DNA of 64,000 nt from Hydrurus foetidus (Eukaryota). Below the pieces are notes generated by a model, which worked only from the letters and a program-made list of their open reading frames with translations, had not been told where the DNA came from and did no database searches. The number at the start of each line of letters is the position of its first letter. Positions within the stretch are counted from its first letter, which is position 1. Shown here piece by piece: positions 39,837 through 64,000 of the stretch. The DNA lies in assembly GCA_900617105.1 (NCBI GenBank), contig UYFQ01000498.1, positions 1 to 64,000 of the forward strand. The letters are read 5' to 3'. A program made the translations under genes and the position numbers.

Positions 39837-41111
39837 TTAGAAGGCGGTGTATCGAGTGATTGACATCGCGTCATCGACTTTCTTCCACTGCGTTTCAAAT
39901 CCTATACGCTCAAAAGGCGTAGAGATTAGCCGTGTGGAGTAACTGGTCAAAAAGATCAAAAAGAAAAAAGAATGCAATAAGTGAAATCGAGTTCAAAATT
40001 ATACGTGAAGTGCTTTCTGTACGGTACGGTACGTTCGTTAGTTAGCAATGTGCAATGTGATATAACTTAAGTCGAGTTGATGAGAAGAGGAAACGCAGGA
40101 TAGTGTTATAATATCGGGACAGAAGACACGAGTGGCGCCTTCAGAAATGCGAAGAATGTTCTGAGTTAAAGCGGTGAGGTTATCAGAGTTGGTTGTTTAC
40201 CTGCCCTGGGGGGGAACGATGTCGATCTTCTGGTCACTCTTCTTTCCACTCTTGCGCACAGCCTCTCCATCGGTCTTCACATCTACACCAGAAACGTACT
40301 CAAGATATCCGGGAGCACCAGGGAAGACAACGTTATCAGCTACTATCAGGCAATTTGATGCCAACATTCCTTTTCTTTCTAATGTCTTCAAGTCGGTGAG
40401 ATAACAGTCTTTATCATGATCCAAGAAAACGAAATCAAATGGTACATCGCCCAGTAGATTATCCTTGCTATTCAGAACACTCGATGATATTCCGTCAATA
40501 ATCTTCACAGATTCTCTAGCTTTCGTATTTGGTCCTAGCCCTTTATCCAGAATAACTCTTGCCACATTGGCATTGTTTATGTTCGCCTCTATACACGTTA
40601 ATTTCGCACCAGGCTGCAGTAGTGCACCCATATTCAGGGCCGAGTAACCAAAGAAAGTGCCAATCTCGAGTACGTTATTAGGTTTCGAAATCTTAATTTC
40701 ACCAGTCAGAATATTCACTTTTTCCCTGCTGAGTTTGTACATAGGATAATATTGAGAGAATGTTTCCAGTGCATCAGTAACTGCAGCAGAATCACCATCA
40801 CTGATCTTGCAGTCGTCAATGTACTTCAAGATGTCTTTCGGTTCTAGATATTGGTATCGTTGGTAAAACGCAGGAGCGTCTGGGAACTCGATAGCTGATG
40901 CACTTGTCGCTTCTGCGTTCTTGATGAGAATCGACTGCAGTAGGAGACATGACGCTGTTACTGATGCAATGCCCTGGATTTTTTTTAGAGCGTTGGGTTT
41001 GCCATAATAGTTGACTGGTTCTACCAAGGCGTCACTCTCGAATGCAGTTGCTATAATTAGAAGGAGCAGTACCGAGAGCTGCAGTCTCGAAATCAAGAAA
41101 TCCGCGGTCAT
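39837..41111 (-). CDS. Catechol O-methyltransferase-like SAM-dependent methyltransferase; exons 41111-40201 and 39942-39837
   Basis: VLEIGTFFGYSA, FDFVFLDHDKDCYLTDL, VADNVVFPGAPGYLEYV; exon 2 YSTRLISTPFE...DDAMSI joins in frame. Confidence 0.88.
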
Positions 41112-41706
41112 AATCGCTTTCTAAACTAAATTTCTCCTTTCGCGGGGCTCCATGCAGTTATTCAGTAGCTCTGGCATTGTTTGTATTGAGTTCGCTGAAT
41201 CCAGAACTGGCTTGAGACAGTTACTGCTGCTTTTGCTGCAGCAGTGGAGCAGTCACCAGAAAGGTCACATGAGTCATGGTCATGAGTCATGAGGTTGAAG
41301 TAGCCCTCAGGGGGAATTCTTCAGATTCGAAACCCGCCGCCCTTCCCCTCGAACTGAACTTCCCAGCAGTTGAATTCCTGGAGTTGAATGTTGAATTATT
41401 CGATTTGATTTCAGCGATGCGTTGCTTATCAGCACTTTAAGGAGCAGCCTAACTGCAAATGTAGGTGCAAAATGTAGACGCATATGTTCATCGCGCTATC
41501 AGCCATAGGCGTTATTCTCACTGCTTCTTTTGGGATTTTCCTGTACTGCTGAGAACATGTTCCGAATAATCCGTACTTACTGTACTGTACGTGACAAACA
41601 GTATTGTTACTTGTCACTGTAACATGATTCTATGTGTCATATCGTGTTTTTATTCAAATGCAACTCGAGGCAGGGAAATTGTATTATGCCACAGTGAACA
41701 GTTTGT

Positions 41707-41923
41707 CACTTCACTTCACTTCACTTCACTTCACTTCACTTCACTTCACTTCACTTCACTTCACTTCACTTCACTTCACTTCACTTCACTTCACTTCACT
41801 TCACTTCACTTCACTTCACTTCACTTCACTTCACTTCACTTCACTTCACTTCACTTCACTTCACTTCACTTCACTTCACTTCACTTCACTTCACTTCACT
41901 TCACTTCACTTCACTTCACTTCA
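41707..41923 (+). repeat. Perfect (CACTT)n microsatellite
   Basis: Read directly. Confidence 0.97.
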
Positions 41924-42324
41924 AAATGTGTAGGTGGCTTGTGAATATGTGAGGATTGAGTCACTTTGGTACCTAAACTCATTATTGAGTTAAAGTGGGA
42001 GAAGGCTGGGGTTGATAGAAAGAAAGAGAGAAGCACTGCACTGCACTTTTTTGATAGTATGTACGGTACTTCACGTACGGACCATGAACACAGAACAGAC
42101 CGACAGACCACGGAATTTATCTTGGATAATAAACAAAATTAGATCATATCAGCGGAATGAAAACGAAGACAGACAAGACTTATGAGTACAGAATAAATAA
42201 TGCTCCCGTGAAAATACCAGTTTATCAAAGAAATCTGCAGTACGAACAGCAGATATTGCTGCACTCCATTTTATACGATTTTTTCATTGACTTTCTCAAC
42301 CAGTAGAGCAAGATGTTCCCAAGT

Positions 42325-42518
42325 CCAGCCTGTCCCAAAACCTACAGTAGTGGAATTCCAAAACTAGTGGAACAGACTCAGAACTACTGTTTCGCCTCTA
42401 GAATGGTAGTGAAAAATATTCGTTTACAGAAAAATACATCCCCATTCTAGAGGCGAAAAAGTAGTTCTGAGTCTGTTCCACTAGTTTTGGAATTCCACTA
42501 GGTTCTGGAACAGGCTGG
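42325..42518. mobile_element. MITE (~194 bp) with long TIRs and 4-bp TSD AAGT
   Basis: AAGT|CCAGCCTG...CAGGCTGG|AAGT; ~80-bp inverted arms. Confidence 0.8.
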
Positions 42519-43559
42519 AAGTGGCAGCAATCACTGACTAGAGAAAACTGAACATGAAGAACTATTTCGATTATATATTTCGATTATATTACATAGCATC
42601 TTAATATTTTTTCCACCATAAAATTTGAATTACTTTGTGAGCTGTTTTTTCGATGTAAGATCTCAATAATTTCATGTAAAAGAAAGTATTTTCATCAACA
42701 ATAACTTGTATCGCGCCATCAAATAAAAACACGTGAGGAACAAAAATGAAAACGGTTTCACGCATGAAGAGATGCTGCAATATTCAAAACGGAGGAATTC
42801 AAATATTTCGGAAGGTTTTTCAGTTTTTGTTTTTGTACGTTGCAGGTTTTTTAGAATACGTTATTCTTGATATTTTCGTTAGTTTTGTTCTTTTTATGTT
42901 TTGTAAAATACGTAATTTTGAACAATTTCCTTATTCACTATTTTTTTATTGGTTCGTCTTTTTTATTTCATTTTCTTTGTTTTTCATCTTTTTTTATTTT
43001 TTTTATTTTTACTTGTCGGGGATTGGTGGCGCCGAATATTTGGTTTTTAATTTTGTGTTTATAATAAATTGAATGGAGGAAATGCTGCAAGTATGTATAT
43101 TTTATAAGTCGGATCAGTTAAAACGCAAAATGAAATGTTATCGACTTTGTGCTGCGTGAGCTAAAAATTGGAAAAAGCAGAGTATAGTGGAAAAAGAGAA
43201 GACAGGTGAGAGAACAATTATTTTCAATTTCAGAAAATTTCATCAGTTACAGTTTATCTTCCTGTCCAGCACATAGCAAGCCCATCACAGGTAAACAGAT
43301 AATAGGGAATATGGGAAACCCACAGAAAAGATTCTGAATTGAGTTGAATTGAATTGAATAGAATTCTTTATTTCAGTCGAAATTCGACCGAATTCTTATT
43401 TGAATAATTCACTGGCCGCCTTACCGCTTCAATTTGGAATTTTATTTCTCAAATTCGCAAATACTTCAGAACTTTTCTTTCTTTAAACGTGTAGTACAAG
43501 TTGAATATATCAAAATTATTCTCAAAATTATTTTCGGTCGATTGTATTATCTGTCAAGC

Positions 43560-59263
<15,704 letters not shown>

Positions 59264-59429
59264 CTAAGTAAAATAGAAGTGGAAAAAAAAAGAAATTAGA
59301 AAAAGTTAAAATAAAATATATACATACTTTATTTTAATAATCTTGAAATAATATCATTATAACATGAATAACAAAAAAAATGCAGAAGCTGTAAAATCAG
59401 CAGGTAAAATCCAACAAACTAACACATAG

Positions 59430-62400
59430 AATGCTATTCAATAGAGGGACATGTCATGACATCATTCATATTCACACAATACAATACAATACAATACAAT
59501 GCTATTCAATAGAGGGACATGTCATGACATCATTCATATTCACACAATACAATACAATACAATACAATATTCAATAGAGGGACATGTCATGACATCATTC
59601 ATATTCACACAATACAATACAATACAATACAATACTATTCAATAGAGGGACATGTCATGACATCATTCATATTCACACAATACAATACAATACAATACAA
59701 TGCTATTCAATAGAAGGACATGTCATGACATCATTCATATTCACACAATACAATACAATACAATACAATACAATACAATGCTATTCAATAGAGGGACATG
59801 TCATGACATCATTCATATTCACAATACAATACAATACAATACAATACTATTCAATAGAAGGACATGTCATGACATCATTCATATTCACACAATACAATAC
59901 AATACAATACAATACAATACAATTCAATAGAAGGACATGTCATGACATCATTCATATTCACAATACAATACAATACAATACAATACAATGCTATTCAATA
60001 GAGGGACATGTCATGACATCATTCATATTCACACAATACAATACAATACAATACAATACAATACAATTCAATAGAAGGACATGTCATGACATCATTCATA
60101 TTCACACAATACAATACAATACAATACAATACTATTCAATAGAGGGACATGTCATGACATCATTCATATTCACACAATACAATACAATACAATACAATGC
60201 TATTCAATAGAGGGACATGTCATGACATCATTCATATTCACACAATACAATACAATACAATACAATACTATTCAATAGAGGGACATGTCATGACATCATT
60301 CATATTCACACAATACAATACAATACAATACAATGCTATTCAATAGAAGGACATGTCATGACATCATTCATATTCACACAATACAATACAATACAATACA
60401 ATATATTCAATAGAAGGACATGTCATGACATCATTCATATTCTCACAATACAATACAATACAATACAATACAATACAATACAATACAATTATTCAATAGA
60501 GGGACATGTCATGACATCATTCATATTCACAATACAATACAATACAATACAATACAATACAATACTATTCAATAGAGGGACATGTCATGACATCATTCAT
60601 ATTCACAATACAATACAATACAATACAATACAATGCTATTCAGTAGAAGGACATGTCATGACATCATTCATATTCTCACAATACAATACAATACAATACA
60701 ATACAATACAATGCTATTCAATAGAAGGACATGTCATGACATCATTCATATTCTCACAATACAATACAATACAATACAATGCTATTCAATAGAAGGACAT
60801 GTCATGACATCATTCATATTCTCACAATACAATACAATACAATACAATGCTATTCAGTAGAAGGACATGTCATGACATCATTCATATTCACAATACAATA
60901 CAATACAATACAATACAATGCTATTCAATAGAAGGACATGTCATGACATCATTCATATTCACACAATACAATACAATACAATACAATACAATGCTATTCA
61001 ATAGAGGGACATGTCATGACATCATTCATATTCACACAATACAATACAATACAATACTATTCAATAGAAGGACATGTCATGACATCATTCATATTCACAC
61101 AATACAATACAATACAATACAATACAATGCTATTCAGTAGAAGGACATGTCATGACATCATTCATATTCACACAATACAATACAATACAATACAATACAA
61201 TGCTATTCAATAGAAGGACATGTCATGACATCATTCATATTCACAATACAATACAATACAATACAATGCTATTCAATAGAAGGACATGTCATGACATCAT
61301 TCATATTCACACAATACAATACAATACAATACAATGCTATTCAATAGAAGGACATGTCATGACATCATTCATATTCACACAATACAATACAATACAATAC
61401 AATACAATTCAGTAGAAGGACATGTCATGACATCATTCATATTCACAATACAATACAATACAATACAATACAATGCTATTCAGTAGAGGGACATGTCATG
61501 ACATCATTCATATTCTCACAATACAATACAATACAATACAATACAATACAATGCTATTCAATAGAAGGACATGTCATGACATCATTCATATTCTCACAAT
61601 ACAATACAATACAATACAATACAATGCTATTCAATAGAAGGACATGTCATGACATCATTCATATTCACACAATACAATACAATACAATACAATACTATTC
61701 AATAGAAGGACATGTCATGACATCATTCATATTCACACAATACAATACAATACAATACAATACAATACAATACAATACAATGCTATTCAATAGAAGGACA
61801 TGTCATGACATCATTCATATTCATACAATACAATACAATACAATACAATACAATTCAATAGAGGGACATGTCATGACATCATTCATATTCACACAATACA
61901 ATACAATACAATACAATACAATACAATACAATACAATACAATACAATACAATACAATACAATACAATACAATACAATACAATACAATACAATGCTATTCA
62001 ATAGAGGGACATGTCATGACATCATTCATATTCACACAATACAATACAATACTATTCAATAGAGGGACATGTCATGACATCATTCATATTCACACAATAC
62101 AATACAATACAATGCTATTCAATAGAGGGACATGTCATGACATCATTCATATTCACACAATACAATACAATACAATGCTATTCAATAGAGGGACATGTCA
62201 TGACATCATTCATATTCACACAATACAATACAATACAATACAATACAATACAATACAATGCTATTCAATAGAGGGACATGTCATGACATCATTCATATTC
62301 ACACAATACAATACAATACAATGCTATTCAATAGAGGGACATGTCATGACATCATTCATATTCACACAATACAATACAATACAATACTATTCAATAGAGG

Positions 62401-64000
62401 GACATGTCATGACATCATTCATATTCACACAATACAATACAATACAATACTATTAATAGAGGGACATGTCATGACATCATTCATATTCACACAATACAAT
62501 ACAATACAATGCTATTCAATAGAGGGACATGTCATGACATCATTCATATTCACACAATACAATACAATACAATACAATACATTCAATAGAGGGACATGTC
62601 ATGACATCATTCATATTCACACAATACAATACAATACTATTCAATAGAGGGACATGTCATGACATCATTCATATTCACACAATACAATACAATACAATAC
62701 AATGCTATTCAATAGAGGGACATGTCATGACATCATTCATATTCACACAATACAATACAATACAATACTATTCAATAGAGGGACATGTCATGACATCATT
62801 CATATTCACACAATACAATACAATACAATACAATGCTATTCAATAGAGGGACATGTCATGACATCATTCATATTCACACAATACAATACAATACAATACA
62901 ATACAATACAATACAATGCTATTCAATAGAGGGACATGTCATGACATCATTCATATTCACACAATACAATACAATACAATACAATACAATACAATAGAGG
63001 GACATGTCATGACATCATTCATATTCACACAATACAATACAATACAATACAATACAATACAATGCTATTCAATAGAGGGACATGTCATGACATCATTCAT
63101 ATTCACACAATACAATACAATACAATATTCAATAGAGGGACATGTCATGACATCATTCATATTCACACAATACAATACAATACAATACAATGCTATTCAA
63201 TAGAGGGACATGTCATGACATCATTCATATTCACACAATACAATACAATACAATACAATACAATACTATTCAATAGAGGGACATGTCATGACATCATTCA
63301 TATTCACACAATACAATACAATACCATTCAATAGAGGGACATGTCATGACATCATTCATATTCACACAATACAATACAATACAATACAATGCTATTCAAT
63401 AGAGGGACATGTCATGACATCATTCATATTCACACAATACAATACAATACAATACTATTCAATAGAGGGACATGTCATGACATCATTCATATTCACACAA
63501 TACAATACAATACAATACAATACTATTCAATAGAGGGACATGTCATGACATCATTCATATTCACACAATACAATACAATACAATACAATACTATACAATA
63601 CAATGCTATTCAATAGAAGGACATGTCATGACATCATTCATATTCACACAATACAATACAATACAATACAATACTATACAATAGAGGGACATGTCATGAC
63701 ATCATTCATATTCACACAATACAATACAATGCTATTCAATAGAGGGACATGTCATGACATCATTCATATTCACACAATACAATACAATACAATACAATAC
63801 AATTCAATAGAGGGACATGTCATGACATCATTCATATTCACACAATACAATACAATACAATACAATACAATACCATTCAATAGAGGGACATGTCATGACA
63901 TCATTCATATTCACACAATACAATACAATACAATACAATACCATTCAATAGAGGGACATGTCATGACATCATTCATATTCACACAATACAATACAATACA
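59430..64000 (+). repeat. Compound satellite: ~43-bp constant core + variable (AATAC)n, roughly 70 units, runs off the window end
   Basis: Core TATTCAATAGA(G/A)GGACATGTCATGACATCATTCATATTCACAC alternating with pentamer runs of varying length. Confidence 0.97.

Noticed and set aside
59430..64000. CRISPR-like array (palindromic constant repeat with variable spacers)
   Set aside because: Spacers are only (AATAC)n with no unique sequence; no cas genes; eukaryotic intronic context

Overview
Eukaryotic, intron-rich nuclear DNA. The host is probably a stramenopile/ochrophyte-type protist, inferred from the CoDi-like Copia elements and a plastid-type leader peptide. The first 17 kb is a transposon island of four elements. 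(1) The 5' part of a Copia LTR retrotransposon on the minus strand. (2) A decayed DUF659/BED-finger hAT transposon (2100-10000; perfect 19-bp TIRs, 8-bp TSD). (3) A 5'-truncated Copia element inserted into that hAT. (4) An apparently intact 6.9-kb P-superfamily DNA transposon (10167-17072; 78-bp TIRs, 7-bp TSD). The P element is the most interesting item. It carries a spliced ~890-aa transposase plus a convergent second ORF that resembles the C-terminal domain missing from that transposase. The rest holds host genes: a CD20/MS4A-like membrane protein, GPN1, a many-exon ABCC transporter, a COMT-like methyltransferase and a large ankyrin-repeat TRP-type channel. There are also two MITEs, many micro/minisatellites, and a >4.5-kb compound satellite at the right end. 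All family assignments come from motif recognition by eye; no searches were run.
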